DNA of 64,000 nucleotides from Thermoanaerobaculia bacterium (GCA_030429235.1 JAUIDB010000007.1:52677-116676), one strand, 5' to 3'; numbered from the stretch's first letter, positions 8,599 to 18,637 are shown. Made by a program: numbers and translations. Notes: generated from the sequence alone by a model not told the origin.

Positions 8599-10566
8599 GT
8601 CGTCAGCTCGGGGCAGCAGCGGCCCGAGGCGCGGGAGAAGGGCGGCTGGCTGGCCCTTCTCCTGGCTCTGTTCGTCCTGGTCGAGGTCAACCACCCCCAG
8701 GTCAGTCCGACCTCCCAGCTCGCGCTCTTTGCGCTGGGTGGCTGTCTCCTGCTCTTTCTCGCGCTGCGTCGCGGTACGGAGCGACCCCGCTGGCAGCGGA
8801 ACGTCGACACTCTCTGGGCCGTGGCCAGCCTGTTCGCGTTCGGAGCCGTGGTGGTCCAGACCGAGCCCCTCTTTCGCAGCTTGTGGTGGGGCGAGGGGTC
8901 GCTAGGAGACCGGGCCGGAGCAGAGGGCAGGATCGATCTGGTGGTTGGCCTCGTCGGGTTGGTCGTCGTCCTCGAGGCGGCGCGCCGCAGTCTGGGCTGG
9001 TCGCTTCCCGTCCTAGCCGGCCTGGCCCTGGCCTACGGCGCCCTGGGACCGCATCTTCCCAACTGGCTGCTACCCCATCGCGGGTACGGCGTCGAGCGGT
9101 TGGTGGCCCAGACCTTCCTGCACAGCCAGGGTGTTTTCGGCGTCGCCCTGCGGGTGATGTTCGTCTATGTGTTCCTGTTCGTGCTCTTCGGCGCTCTGCT
9201 CGAAGCGACCGGGGCCACCGGTTTCATCGTGGAGACCTCGCGCCGGCTCTTTCGACGCAGCCCCGGGGGAGCCGCCAAGGTCTCGGTCGTCAGCAGCGGT
9301 CTGCTCGGTTCGCTGTCCGGTAGCGCCGTGGCTAATACCGCGACGACCGGTGCCTTCACGATCCCGATGATGCGCAGTGCCGGCTTCTCGCCCCGCGTCG
9401 CCGCCGGGGTCGAGGCGGCCGCGAGTTCCGGCGGTGCCCTGGTGCCTCCCGTGATGGGCGCCGGAGCGTACATGATGCTCGAACTGGTGCAGCCCGCTGT
9501 GACCTACGTCGAGATCCTCCGCGCGGCGCTCTTGCCGGCGCTGCTCTACTATCTGGCCCTGCTGTTGATGGTCGATGGCCAGGCGCGACGGGTCGGGGCG
9601 CTGACGGTCGCTTCGACCGACCCCTCGGCGCCGGGGGACTCCACGGCTCCGTCCGCCGGGCAGCGCTGGGAAGGTGTCGTCTTCGGCGGTGGATTGGCCG
9701 CCTTGCTCGGTCTGCTGTTGGCTGGGTTTTCGGTGTTCCGGGCGGTGACCGGGGCGATGGCGGCGGTGCTCCTGCTCGCCGCCCTCCACCCGCGGACCCG
9801 CCTGGGGTGGAGGGCCACCTATCGGGCGCTGGTGCGCGGCACCCGAACCGCGGTGCCGCTGATCGCCGCCGGCGCTTCGGTCGGCATCGTCATCGGCGTG
9901 GTCACCCTGACCGGTGCCGGGTCCCGACTGCCCGGTCTGATCGTGCCGCTGGCGGAAGGTGGCCTGTTCCCCGCCCTGGCCCTGCTGATGGTCTCTTCCC
10001 TGGTCCTGGGCATGGGACTCCCCTCAGCCGTCTGCTACCTTCTTCTTGCCACCTTCGTGGGCCCCGCGCTGGGCGATCTCGGGGTGGTACCACTCGCCGG
10101 CCATCTCTTCCTGTTCTACTTCGGCATGATGTCGATGGTCACGCCGCCGGTGGCGCTGGCCGCCTACGCCGCGAGTTCGATCGCCGACTCGCCTCTGATG
10201 CCGACCGCGTTCTCGGCCTTCAGGTTTTCGTTGATCGGCTTTGCCCTGCCGTATCTCTTCGTCTACCGGCCGGAGCTTCTGATGCTGCAGTCGTCGGGGG
10301 AGGTGGCGACGGCGGGCGCAGTGCTCGCGGCCCTGGCCTGGGCGCTGGGGGGGCTCCTGCCCTTGGCCGCCGGTCTGTCGGGATACCTCTTCCGACCGCT
10401 CGCCCTGCCGGCGCGAGGGGTTCTCCTCGTCGGGGCGCTGGTGGCCTGGGGTGTACCCTTGTATTGGTCGAGCTCGGTGGGGCAATGGGTCTTCGTGGTC
10501 CTGTTCGCCCTGCTGGCAGGAGTGGGCTCGCTGTACCGTAGACAACCCGAAGGAGGATCGCCATGA
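8599..10566 (+). CDS. TRAP transporter fused permease (4TM/12TM, TAXI-associated)
   Basis: Multi-TM ORF immediately after the TAXI gene. DctM-like motifs (SGSAVANTATTGAFTIPMM, GGALVPPVMGAGAYMM). The frame is open from 8443, overlapping the TAXI gene. No canonical start exists between the TAXI stop (8590) and the first TM helix, so the 5' end is uncertain. Confidence 0.75.
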   Translation, partial: VVSSGQQRPEAREKGGWLALLLALFVLVEVNHPQVSPTSQLALFALGGCLLLFLALRRGTERPRWQRNVDTLWAVASLFAFGAVVVQTEPLFRSLWWGEGSLGDRAGAEGRIDLVVGLVGLVVVLEAARRSLGWSLPVLAGLALAYGALGPHLPNWLLPHRGYGVERLVAQTFLHSQGVFGVALRVMFVYVFLFVLFGALLEATGATGFIVETSRRLFRRSPGGAAKVSVVSSGLLGSLSGSAVANTATTGAFTIPMMRSAGFSPRVAAGVEAAASSGGALVPPVMGAGAYMMLELVQPAVTYVEILRAALLPALLYYLALLLMVDGQARRVGALTVASTDPSAPGDSTAPSAGQRWEGVVFGGGLAALLGLLLAGFSVFRAVTGAMAAVLLLAALHPRTRLGWRATYRALVRGTRTAVPLIAAGASVGIVIGVVTLTGAGSRLPGLIVPLAEGGLFPALALLMVSSLVLGMGLPSAVCYLLLATFVGPALGDLGVVPLAGHLFLFYFGMMSMVTPPVALAAYAASSIADSPLMPTAFSAFRFSLIGFALPYLFVYRPELLMLQSSGEVATAGAVLAALAWALGGLLPLAAGLSGYLFRPLALPARGVLLVGALVAWGVPLYWSSSVGQWVFVVLFALLAGVGSLYRRQPEGGSP

Positions 10567-12068
10567 CTCGACCGGTAGGCATCCGCTGGTGGCCCGCCGC
10601 CTTGATCCTGGCGCTGGCCGTGCTCCTCTGGGGGCTGATTCGAGCTGCTGATACCGATCGGCAGTCGCAGGTGATGCAGAGCCTGGGTGTCCTCCTTCTC
10701 ACCGTTCTCCTCTTGCTGCTGTGGGTGGCGTTTTTGTCTCGGCTTCCCCGTCGCGGCTGGTGGACCCTGGGTCTGATCGCGCTGCTGGTGGGGTTTGGCA
10801 CGCTGTTCCGGATCGTCGGCGTCGACGGTGACCTGATGCCGATTCTCGAGTGGCGCTTTCAGAGTGAGGTCGCCGCTCCAGATGTCGGTCGCGCGAGCGC
10901 CGTCGACATCGAACCCACGGGTCACGACTTCCCGCAGGCGCTGGGGCCGCAACGCGACAGCCGGGTCGACCTGCAGCTGGTAGACGACTGGAAGGCCTCT
11001 CCCCCGCAAGAGCTGTGGCGGCAGCCGGTGGGGCCGGGGTGGGCGGGTTTCGCCGTCGTCGGCCAGCTCGCCGTGACCCACAGCCAGAGCGGCGACGAGG
11101 AGGTCGTCCTGGCGCTCGATCTGGCCACCGGCGAGCCGCGTTGGAGCTTCTCCTACCCCGCTCGGTACGACACCACGGTCGGAGGGGTCGGACCGCGCAC
11201 CGTGCCGACGATCGCCGCCGGTCGGGTGTTTGCGCTCGGCGGCACCGGGGTGCTCACGGCTCTCGATCTGGCCAGCGGGGAGAAGTTATGGCAGCGCGCG
11301 GTGGTGGACGAAGCCGTGCTTCCGGACTGGGGCAAGAGCGGCGCGCCTCTGGTGCTCGACGATGTCGTAGTGGTGAGTCCCGGCGGTGAAGGGCAGTCGT
11401 TGGCCGCCTATGAGATCGAAGACGGTGAGCTTCGATGGAGCGCCGGTTCGGACCTCCCGAGCTACTCCTCGCCGACGCTGCTGGAGCTGGACGGGGTCGA
11501 GCAGATCGTCGTGTTCAACCAGACCTCGGTGGTAGGTCACGACCCTCTGAGCGGCGAGCTGCTGTGGCGTCACCCGGTGCCCGAGTACCAGCCCAACGTC
11601 ACCAACCCCATCGCGCTCGACCACGACAGTTTCCTGGTGTCGACCGGCTACGGGATCGGGAGCCGGCGCTTGCAGGTCCAAGGGGGGGGCGAGGCGACCT
11701 GGAGCGTGACCGAGGAGTGGACCTCGACTCGCCTGAAGAGCAAGTTCGCCAACCTGATCCTCGAGCAAGGGGTGCTGTACGGGCTCGACGACGGGGTGTT
11801 GGCGGCGGTCGATCCGACGAATGGCGAGCGCCTCTGGAAGCGAGGACGCTACGGTCACGGCCAGCTCCTCCTGGTGAAGGACCTCCTCCTGGTCCAGACC
11901 GAGAAGGGGGAGCTGGTGCTGCTCTCCGTCACAGCGCAGGGAGCGGAGGAACGGGCGCGGTACCAGGTCTTCTCCGGCAAGACGTGGAATCCCCCGGCCC
12001 TGGCGGGTGACGTGCTCCTGGTGCGCAACGACGAGGAAGCCGTGGCGCTCAGGCTTCCGTCGCTCTAG
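10563..12068 (+). CDS. PQQ-like beta-propeller repeat protein with N-terminal TM helices (BamB-like fold)
   Basis: ATGA overlap with the upstream permease stop. Three N-terminal TM helices, then repeated hydrophobic-Ala/Gly-Leu-Asp blade loops (LALDLATGEPRW, LTALDLASGEKLW, LAAVDPTNGERLW). Confidence 0.75.
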   Translation: MTRPVGIRWWPAALILALAVLLWGLIRAADTDRQSQVMQSLGVLLLTVLLLLLWVAFLSRLPRRGWWTLGLIALLVGFGTLFRIVGVDGDLMPILEWRFQSEVAAPDVGRASAVDIEPTGHDFPQALGPQRDSRVDLQLVDDWKASPPQELWRQPVGPGWAGFAVVGQLAVTHSQSGDEEVVLALDLATGEPRWSFSYPARYDTTVGGVGPRTVPTIAAGRVFALGGTGVLTALDLASGEKLWQRAVVDEAVLPDWGKSGAPLVLDDVVVVSPGGEGQSLAAYEIEDGELRWSAGSDLPSYSSPTLLELDGVEQIVVFNQTSVVGHDPLSGELLWRHPVPEYQPNVTNPIALDHDSFLVSTGYGIGSRRLQVQGGGEATWSVTEEWTSTRLKSKFANLILEQGVLYGLDDGVLAAVDPTNGERLWKRGRYGHGQLLLVKDLLLVQTEKGELVLLSVTAQGAEERARYQVFSGKTWNPPALAGDVLLVRNDEEAVALRLPSL

Positions 12069-15000
12069 CGGGGAGGCGGGATGCGGCGGACCCTTCGCGC
12101 CGCGAACAGGGTGGCCAGGAAGCCGGCCGCGAACAGTCCGGCGGTGGTCGAGACGAGAGCCGACCAGGGCAGGCTGCGGTAGCCGCTGACGAGTTCGGGA
12201 GCGGCCGCGGCCAGACCGGCCAGAGTGCCGAGCAGGATGCCTCCGAGGAGGAGAGCCAGGTTCTCTACCAGCACCGCTCGTCCCAGGGTGCGGGTCCGAA
12301 ATCCGAGAGCCGACAGCGCCGACAGTTCCGTGCGGCGCTCCAGGACGTTGCGGAGCAGAACGACCCCGAGTCCCAGCGTGCCGAGCAGGAACCCCAGCCC
12401 TCCCAGGGCCTGGAAGGTGGCCAGGTAGGTGTGTTCGATGGCGTCGTAGGCCGCCAACCGGTCGGCCGTGGATTCTGCGTCGAAGCCGTACCGTTCGAGA
12501 CCCGACTCGAGGACGGTTCGGACCTCTTCGGTCCCCTGCTGCGAGGTCTCGAGGAGGAAGAAGCGGTACCCCGCTCGGTCGGGGAAGAGGGTGACGAACG
12601 CCTCTTCGGCGATCAACAGCTCGCTCTGAAAGAGGGAACCGTCGAGCAACGCCACGAGCTGCAAGCGCACCGGTTCCCCGCCTTCGGTGGTCACCTCGAT
12701 CGTATCCCCGAGCCCCTTGTGCAGGATCCACTGGGCCGAGGCAAAGTCGGCGATCGCCGGATAGACCCCGGGTTCGAGCTGCTCCTCGAGCCAGCTCCAG
12801 GGGTTGTCCCGCGTCTCGAGCATGGAGTGAAACTCAAAGCGGTTCAGTGCACGGAATTGTGGCGGTACCCCGAGGATCCGCGGTTCGCTGGGTCGGTACA
12901 GGTTGAGACAGCTCGCGTCGTCGCCGGGGCGCAGACGGAAGGGGCTGGCGGCGAGGCCCTGGAGCCGCACGGCGTCGTCGGCCTCCGAGCCCAGGCCGCG
13001 GCCGAGGCCGAGCTCGCCGCGATCGGCGGGATCACCGAGGTCTCGGGTCAGGGGCAGGGAACTCTCGGCCCACAGCGAGAAGCCGCCGGCGCGGTGCACC
13101 AGCTCCTCGCTACTGATCGAGCCGCTGCCGCGAAAGGCGGTCACCAGACTGACGACGAAGCAGGCACTCGCGATCATGGCCACCGACAGGATGCTCCGCC
13201 GAGGTTGTCGCCCGAGGTTGCGAACCCCCAACACCCAGAGGGTGGGACCGCCGAGGGGGCGGGACGAGGTGCGGGGTCGGCGCAGCCGGTCGGCGAACAG
13301 CAGCACCCCTCCGATCAGGAGCAGGGCGCCCGCAGCCAGCGTCACCAGGGCGGTCGAGCTGGGAGGGAGCCAGGGGTGCGTGGCCAGCAGGAAGACGCCG
13401 AGAAAACCCAAGGCGGGGCCGAGCCAGCGGCGGCCGGAGTGCGGCGCAGCCGAGAGGGGGTCCTCGGGGCGCTCGGTCAGCGCCGCGATCGGGTCCTGGG
13501 ACGCCAGCCTTCGCACCGTCCAGCGGATGGTGGCCAGCACCAGAGCGCTGCTGACGAACGCGCCGATCAGCAAGCTTCCGACCTGGAGGTGCAGGGTCAA
13601 GGCCGAGGTGCCCACCGCGGGGAGCCACCAGGTCTTCAGGCCGTGTAGCATGATCGAGGCGAAGAGGAGGGCGCCGAGCGTACCGAGGACGACTCCGCCG
13701 AGGCCGACGACGGCGCCTTCGGCCAGGAATCGGCGCTGCACTCTCGCCGGCGGGAAGCCGACGGCCAGCAGTAGGCCGACCTCACCCCGGCGGGTCTCGA
13801 TGCCGAGCCGGAACAGCAGCGAGGTCAGCAGCGCGGCAGCGGCGATGAGGAAGAAGCCGAACCCCAGGAAGAGCTGCGAGAAGTCGGTCGCCCCGACCGA
13901 ACCTTCCAGGGCCTGTTGGCGAACCGGTCGAAAGGTCAGGCCGAGGTCGGCGGGTTGCAGTCGTTGGACCAGGGTGGCGAGAAAACGTCCTTCGACGGTG
14001 GGGTCGAGGCTGCCTGCCGGCGCGGTGAGACGCAGCGAGGTCGCCGATCCGAACCGGCCCGCCCAGAAGCTGCGGCCGGCGGTCGACGAGACGAACGCCT
14101 TGGGGGCAGCTCCGTAGAGATCCCAGTACTCCTCGTCGCGATCGCGGATCAGGTCGAAGTCGATAGGGAAAGGCGGTTTCCAGCTCGAGATGTCGTCGAC
14201 CTCGCTCATCCCCGGATAGGGTGGAGTCAGCGAGTCGTCGACCGCCAGACCTTCGAGTGCCGCGATGGCGGCCAGTCGGAAGCTCGCGGTCCGTGGCGTC
14301 AGCTGTTCGTGCGACCCAACCTCGAACCAGGTGAGTTCCAGCCAATCACCCAGTTGGGCTCCGAGGTCGTCGGCCGCCCAGCGGTCGAGCACGATTTCGT
14401 CGTCGGCGAGACTGGCGATCGGCAGGCCGTCGCCGTCGACCAGGAGACTCGATCCGGCGCCCGGGTCGAGGGCGCTGACGGTGGAATAGGAGACCACCCG
14501 GTCGGGCTCGCCGGCCACCGTCATTCGATTGGCCAGGTAGGTGAGGATCGGTGCGGCGTCGAGTCCGAGCTGTTCGGCCGCGGCGCGACCGGCCGCGGCT
14601 TCCGCCTCGGAGAGGATCAGGCGCTGGCTTTCGAGGACCGCGGTTTCGGGCGTGGCGCCGCGGCGCAGCGTCAGACCGAGGTCGTCAGGAGTCCAGAGGT
14701 GCTGCAGGCTGCTCTCCAGGTCTGCGGACGAGGCGCCGCGTGCCAGCAGGGCGTTGGCCCGGCCCGACTGGCCCAGGGCTCTCTGGGCCCGCGCCAGGGG
14801 CAGGTAGAGGGTCGGGGTCGAGCTCTGCGACTGGTCGAGGGAGAAGCGGTCGAGATCGGGGCCCGAGCCGGCTCGTGGCTGCAGGATGTCGACCAGGGTC
14901 AGTCGCTGGCTCTCGACCGCACCCTCGGCCCGTCGACCGACCAGGCTCTCCCGGGGCACCAGCGACACGGCGTCGAAGGTGACCAGGATCTCGTCGCCGA

Positions 15001-15466
15001 CCGCGGCGTCCAACTGGCGAGCCAGGGCCTGGTTGACGATGGCCGAAGGGAAGATCTGGCCGCGGGCGCGGGCAAAGTCTGGCGGCTCGGTCCCACTGGC
15101 ATCGAACGCCTCGAAGAACCGCTCGTCGACCCCCAAGAGCGTGGTGTGTTGGTGGCGGCGGCCGCTCTTTGCGTGGCGTACGGCGGCCGGGATCACGATC
15201 GCCGGGGCCACGAAGGGAGGCCTCTCGGAGTTGTCGGTCTTCGCCTGGAGGCTGTGGGTGAGTTCGTCGGCGAGGGGGTCGCGGACGAAGCGGGGACTGA
15301 CCAGGACCGACTCGAGGTCGCCCAGGCGTCCGAGCGCGATCTGCTGCAGGCTTCCGCGCATCGAGTCGCCGACCACCAGCGAGCCGGTGAGCACAGCGGT
15401 GGCGACGGCGCAGCCGAAGGCCACCGCCAGGTGACTGCGCCAGAACCAGAGAAGGGAACGCAACAC
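12065..15466 (-). CDS. Giant ABC transporter permease, FtsX/MacB-like (two FtsX domains)
   Basis: 1133 aa. N-terminal TM plus large periplasmic domain, 4-TM FtsX cluster mid-protein, second periplasmic domain, C-terminal 4-TM FtsX cluster. Stop overlaps the start of the downstream PQQ gene on the other strand (convergent). Confidence 0.8.
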   Translation of the reverse strand: MLRSLLWFWRSHLAVAFGCAVATAVLTGSLVVGDSMRGSLQQIALGRLGDLESVLVSPRFVRDPLADELTHSLQAKTDNSERPPFVAPAIVIPAAVRHAKSGRRHQHTTLLGVDERFFEAFDASGTEPPDFARARGQIFPSAIVNQALARQLDAAVGDEILVTFDAVSLVPRESLVGRRAEGAVESQRLTLVDILQPRAGSGPDLDRFSLDQSQSSTPTLYLPLARAQRALGQSGRANALLARGASSADLESSLQHLWTPDDLGLTLRRGATPETAVLESQRLILSEAEAAAGRAAAEQLGLDAAPILTYLANRMTVAGEPDRVVSYSTVSALDPGAGSSLLVDGDGLPIASLADDEIVLDRWAADDLGAQLGDWLELTWFEVGSHEQLTPRTASFRLAAIAALEGLAVDDSLTPPYPGMSEVDDISSWKPPFPIDFDLIRDRDEEYWDLYGAAPKAFVSSTAGRSFWAGRFGSATSLRLTAPAGSLDPTVEGRFLATLVQRLQPADLGLTFRPVRQQALEGSVGATDFSQLFLGFGFFLIAAAALLTSLLFRLGIETRRGEVGLLLAVGFPPARVQRRFLAEGAVVGLGGVVLGTLGALLFASIMLHGLKTWWLPAVGTSALTLHLQVGSLLIGAFVSSALVLATIRWTVRRLASQDPIAALTERPEDPLSAAPHSGRRWLGPALGFLGVFLLATHPWLPPSSTALVTLAAGALLLIGGVLLFADRLRRPRTSSRPLGGPTLWVLGVRNLGRQPRRSILSVAMIASACFVVSLVTAFRGSGSISSEELVHRAGGFSLWAESSLPLTRDLGDPADRGELGLGRGLGSEADDAVRLQGLAASPFRLRPGDDASCLNLYRPSEPRILGVPPQFRALNRFEFHSMLETRDNPWSWLEEQLEPGVYPAIADFASAQWILHKGLGDTIEVTTEGGEPVRLQLVALLDGSLFQSELLIAEEAFVTLFPDRAGYRFFLLETSQQGTEEVRTVLESGLERYGFDAESTADRLAAYDAIEHTYLATFQALGGLGFLLGTLGLGVVLLRNVLERRTELSALSALGFRTRTLGRAVLVENLALLLGGILLGTLAGLAAAAPELVSGYRSLPWSALVSTTAGLFAAGFLATLFAARRVRRIPPPR

Positions 15467-15478
15467 GCTAGGTCCCTC

Positions 15479-16144
15479 CTAGAGGGCGGTCAATTCGAGG
15501 CGACGGGGAAAGCGCTGCGCTAACGACTCGCTGTGGGTCACCGCCACCATCGTGGTGCCCTGCTCCTCCTGGAGTTCGAGCAGCAGGTCCGCCACCCGGT
15601 CGGCGGTGGCCGGGTCGAGACTCCCGGTGGGCTCGTCGCAGAGGAGGAGGCGGGGCCGCAGGACCAGCGCGCGGGCCAGAGCGGTCCGTTGCCGCTCGCC
15701 GCCCGACAGCTCGCCGGGTCGATGCTCGAGACGATGGCTCAGTCCGACCCGGTCGAGAAGCTCACGGCTCCAGCCTTCGTCGCGGGGTGTGTCGGGAAAG
15801 GCCAGACAGGGCAGCAGCACGTTCTCGAGCACCGTGTATTGCGGCAGCAGGTGGTGGTGCTGGAAGACGAACCCGACCCGCTGATTGCGGAAGCGGGCCA
15901 GTTCGGTGTCGTCCAGTGTGGCTAGGTCGACGCCATCGACGAGGATCCGACCCTGGTCCGGCGGTTCGAGGGCCCCGAGGAGATGGAGCAAGGTGCTCTT
16001 GCCACTGCCCGAAGGACCCGTGATCGCCAGGGCTTCTCCCGCTTCGAGGGTTAGCGAGAGGTCCTTCAGCACCTCCACCCGCGAGTCGCCCAGGCGGTAG
16101 CCTTTGCCCACCGCTTCGAGGTACACCCGACCCCGGTCGCTCAC
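15479..16144 (-). CDS. ABC transporter ATP-binding protein (LolD/MacB-type)
   Basis: Walker A GPSGSGKST, signature LSGGERQR, Walker B LLLCDEPTGSLD. 221 aa. Confidence 0.9.
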   Translation of the reverse strand: MSDRGRVYLEAVGKGYRLGDSRVEVLKDLSLTLEAGEALAITGPSGSGKSTLLHLLGALEPPDQGRILVDGVDLATLDDTELARFRNQRVGFVFQHHHLLPQYTVLENVLLPCLAFPDTPRDEGWSRELLDRVGLSHRLEHRPGELSGGERQRTALARALVLRPRLLLCDEPTGSLDPATADRVADLLLELQEEQGTTMVAVTHSESLAQRFPRRLELTAL

Positions 16145-16578
16145 GCCGGACTCCGAGGTTCGAGGGCGTCGATCGCCGCCGCCAGGGGTTCGGGGATCGG
16201 CACCAGCTCGAGGCTCTCACCCCCCACCCGACAGCAGACCGAGGCCAGCTCGCCGCGGGCGACGAGCCGCTCCTCCACCGACAGTTCGAACGAGAAGGTC
16301 AGAGAGCTGCGTCCGCGCCGGGACACCGCCACCGCGATGGCGACCTCGTCGCCGAAGCGCAGGGGACTCTTGTAGTCGCACTCGGCGTGGACCCTCGGCC
16401 AGCCAATGGCGACGCCCTCGACTTCGGTGTGCACCTCGAATCCGAGCGCCTGGCGAAAGGCGTGCTCGGCCGTTTCCATGAAGATGAAGTAGCGCGAGAA
16501 GTGCGCGATTCCGGAGAGGTCGGTATCGGCGAACTCTACGCGGCGATGGACGATGAACGGAGTCTTCACGGCGCCCAT
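16141..16578 (-). CDS. Acyl-CoA thioesterase, hotdog fold (YbgC/4HBT-like)
   Basis: 145 aa. N-terminus HRRVEFADTDLSGIAHFSRYFIFMETAEHAF is typical of the 4HBT family. 4-nt overlap with the downstream ABC ATPase start. Confidence 0.75.
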   Translation of the reverse strand: MGAVKTPFIVHRRVEFADTDLSGIAHFSRYFIFMETAEHAFRQALGFEVHTEVEGVAIGWPRVHAECDYKSPLRFGDEVAIAVAVSRRGRSSLTFSFELSVEERLVARGELASVCCRVGGESLELVPIPEPLAAAIDALEPRSPA

Positions 16579-16658
16579 TGTCGCACGCCGGCCGCTGGGC
16601 GCGGCGGCCCACCGGAACCCGCGACGAGGTCTCGGTGGACGCCGGGGGATCGCTTGGT

Positions 16659-18050
16659 TCAGTCCTGGCGCGCCAGGAGTTGGTCGAACCCGTGGATTCG
16701 GATGCGCAGCAGGTCGTCCTGGCTCAGGTTGGTCATCCCGCGGTCCGCCAACTCCCGGACCAGATCTGGCGTCACGCCGTGGATTCGGAAGGCGAGGAGA
16801 TCGTCGCTCGACAGGTCGCCGTAGCCGACCTCGGCCATCGATTGGATGAAAGCTGGCGTCACCCCGTGGATCCGGAAAGCGAGGAGATCGTCCGCCGACA
16901 GGTGGTCGAACCCCGCCGCCCGCATCGATTCGATGAACTCGGTGGAGACCCCGTGGATACGGAAGGCCAAGAGGTCGTCTTCGCTCAAGTGCCGGTAGCC
17001 CTGACGGGCGAGTTCGTCGGCGTAGGCGGCGGTGACGCCATGGATCTTGCGGGCGATCATCTGCTTCAGGTCCGGTGGGCTCTGCCCGGCCTCGATCTCC
17101 GCCTCGATCTCCGCCACTTCGATACCGTGGACTCGCAGTTCGATGAGACGATGTGGAGGCAGCTTTCGATACCCCAGGCGCTCGAGCTGCTCGATGAAGG
17201 TGGGCGTGACCCCGTGGATCGAGAAGGCCAGCAGGTCTTCGTCGTCGAGCCCAGGGTAGCCCGCGCGCTCGAGGTCGGCGACGAAGGCGGGCGTGATGCC
17301 GTGGATGCGGCGGGCTACCAGGTCGCGGAGCCGAGGAAGGGGCTCACCGGCCGCGATCTGAGCCCGCACCTCGTCGAGGTCGACGCCGTGGATTCGGACT
17401 TCCAACAGCTGGTCGGGGCTGGGGCGACCGTAACCGAGTTCGTCGAGCTCGCGGATGAACTCGGGCGAGACGCCGTGGATGCGGAGGGCCACCGCATCGT
17501 CGAGCCCGAGGTCGTAGCCCAACGCTTCGAGGCCTTCTAGATAGGCCAGAGAGAGATCGATGAGAGCGAGAAAGGGGGCTTCCTCGTGCACCTCCTCGAC
17601 CGGGAATCCACGCTGGTGCAGGGCTCGCTGGTATTCGAGGTTCGGAGCGAAGGAGAAGACGCCGGCCTCACGGTAGCCTCGCCGTTCCTCCAATTCGAAC
17701 CGGAAGGTCCCGGCCTCACGCTCGAGCCGATAGCCGCCGCCTTCCAGAGGCACGAGGGCATCCCGCTGCCGTTGAGAGAGGGTCGTTCCAAAGCGGTTGC
17801 GCTGCCGCTCGTCGCGCAGGGTGAGGTGGGCCTCTCCCCCGGGGCGGGACTCGAGCGACCAGCGACCGGTGGCCAACGACTGGCCGGTACGGGAGGTCGA
17901 CAGCGTATCGCCGGGGTCCGGTGTGAGCGGAGAGGGTCCCATCCAACTCGTGCCGGGTGGTACTCCGACGAGCAGGGTCAGACCGGCGAGAGCGGTAGCA
18001 CGGAACCATCGTGGCAGGAGGGGGGCAAGGGAGGAGGCGGATCGCGTCAT
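16659..18050 (-). CDS. Secreted tandem-repeat protein (about nine 37-aa repeats, consensus LxxDDLLAFRIHGVTPEFIxxMxxxGY)
   Basis: 463 aa. N-terminal signal peptide (ATALAGLTLLVGVPPG). A non-repetitive ~160-aa region precedes about nine near-identical repeats, visible at DNA level as ~111-bp tandem repeats. The antisense ORF 16578..17540 is an artefact of the repeats. Confidence 0.6.
   Translation of the reverse strand: MTRSASSLAPLLPRWFRATALAGLTLLVGVPPGTSWMGPSPLTPDPGDTLSTSRTGQSLATGRWSLESRPGGEAHLTLRDERQRNRFGTTLSQRQRDALVPLEGGGYRLEREAGTFRFELEERRGYREAGVFSFAPNLEYQRALHQRGFPVEEVHEEAPFLALIDLSLAYLEGLEALGYDLGLDDAVALRIHGVSPEFIRELDELGYGRPSPDQLLEVRIHGVDLDEVRAQIAAGEPLPRLRDLVARRIHGITPAFVADLERAGYPGLDDEDLLAFSIHGVTPTFIEQLERLGYRKLPPHRLIELRVHGIEVAEIEAEIEAGQSPPDLKQMIARKIHGVTAAYADELARQGYRHLSEDDLLAFRIHGVSTEFIESMRAAGFDHLSADDLLAFRIHGVTPAFIQSMAEVGYGDLSSDDLLAFRIHGVTPDLVRELADRGMTNLSQDDLLRIRIHGFDQLLARQD
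16673..17543 (-). repeat. In-frame ~111-bp tandem repeats (x~8-9) inside CDS 16659..18050
   Basis: Recurrent DNA unit such as gtcacgccgtggattcggaaggcgaggagatcgtc, encoding RIHGVTP...DDLLAF. Confidence 0.6.
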
Positions 18051-18160
18051 GAGGGACTTCCTGGGGTAGAGATTGGGTGGGGTCTACCTCGGAACTACCG
18101 TGGCCGGGCGCAGAGGTTACGCCGTTGGCATCTGGCGGGCCCAGCGGTCAGAATGGGGCG

Positions 18161-18637
18161 ATGGAGAACCTGTGGAAGAAACTACAGCTCGCGACGGTCG
18201 ACCGAGTCGTGCTGCTCGAGGCGCCGGAGAGTTTCCGGAGCGCCGAGCAGGCGTTGGGAGACGTCGAGGTCGTGCGGAGTCTGGAGGAGGTGGAGGCGGT
18301 CGGGTTCCTTCTCGCGTTCGTCCGAAGTGCCGGCGAGATCCCCGTGGTGGCGAAGGCCTTGGACGGTCGCTTCGCCGAGGATCCCACCGTGTGGCTGGCC
18401 TATCCCAAGAAGTCCTCGAAGCGGTACGAGAGTGACATCGAGCGAGACCACAGCTGGCGTCCGTTGGGTGAGCTCGGATTCGAGGCGGTTCGCCAGGTGG
18501 CGATCGACGAAGACTGGTCGGCGTTGCGGTTTCGACGGGTCGAGCAGATCGCGACGCTGCGGCGGGATCCGCGGCGGGCGATGACGGTCGAAGGCAAGCG
18601 CCGTGCTGCCTCGGCGACCCGCCGAGACGGCGACTAG
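18161..18637 (+). CDS. DUF3052-like hypothetical protein
   Basis: ATG at 18161 (MENLWKKLQ). Motifs VVLLEAPESF, FLLAFVRSAGEI and VWLAYPKKSSKRYESDIERD...DEDWSALRFRR follow the DUF3052 layout. The track ORF starts earlier (18077) in the same frame. Confidence 0.55.
   Translation: MENLWKKLQLATVDRVVLLEAPESFRSAEQALGDVEVVRSLEEVEAVGFLLAFVRSAGEIPVVAKALDGRFAEDPTVWLAYPKKSSKRYESDIERDHSWRPLGELGFEAVRQVAIDEDWSALRFRRVEQIATLRRDPRRAMTVEGKRRAASATRRDGD

Noticed and set aside
12431-15523. Plus-strand ORFs 12431..13648, 12903..14117 and 13916..15523 opposite the FtsX permease.
   Set aside because: Antisense artefacts of high-GC coding sequence. The minus-strand product has coherent TM/FtsX architecture.
16578-17540. 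Plus-strand 320-aa ORF with its own repeats (WRHPVDPESEEIV).
   Set aside because: It is the antisense reading of the DNA tandem repeats. The minus-strand ORF is longer, fills the whole intergenic interval and carries a signal peptide.
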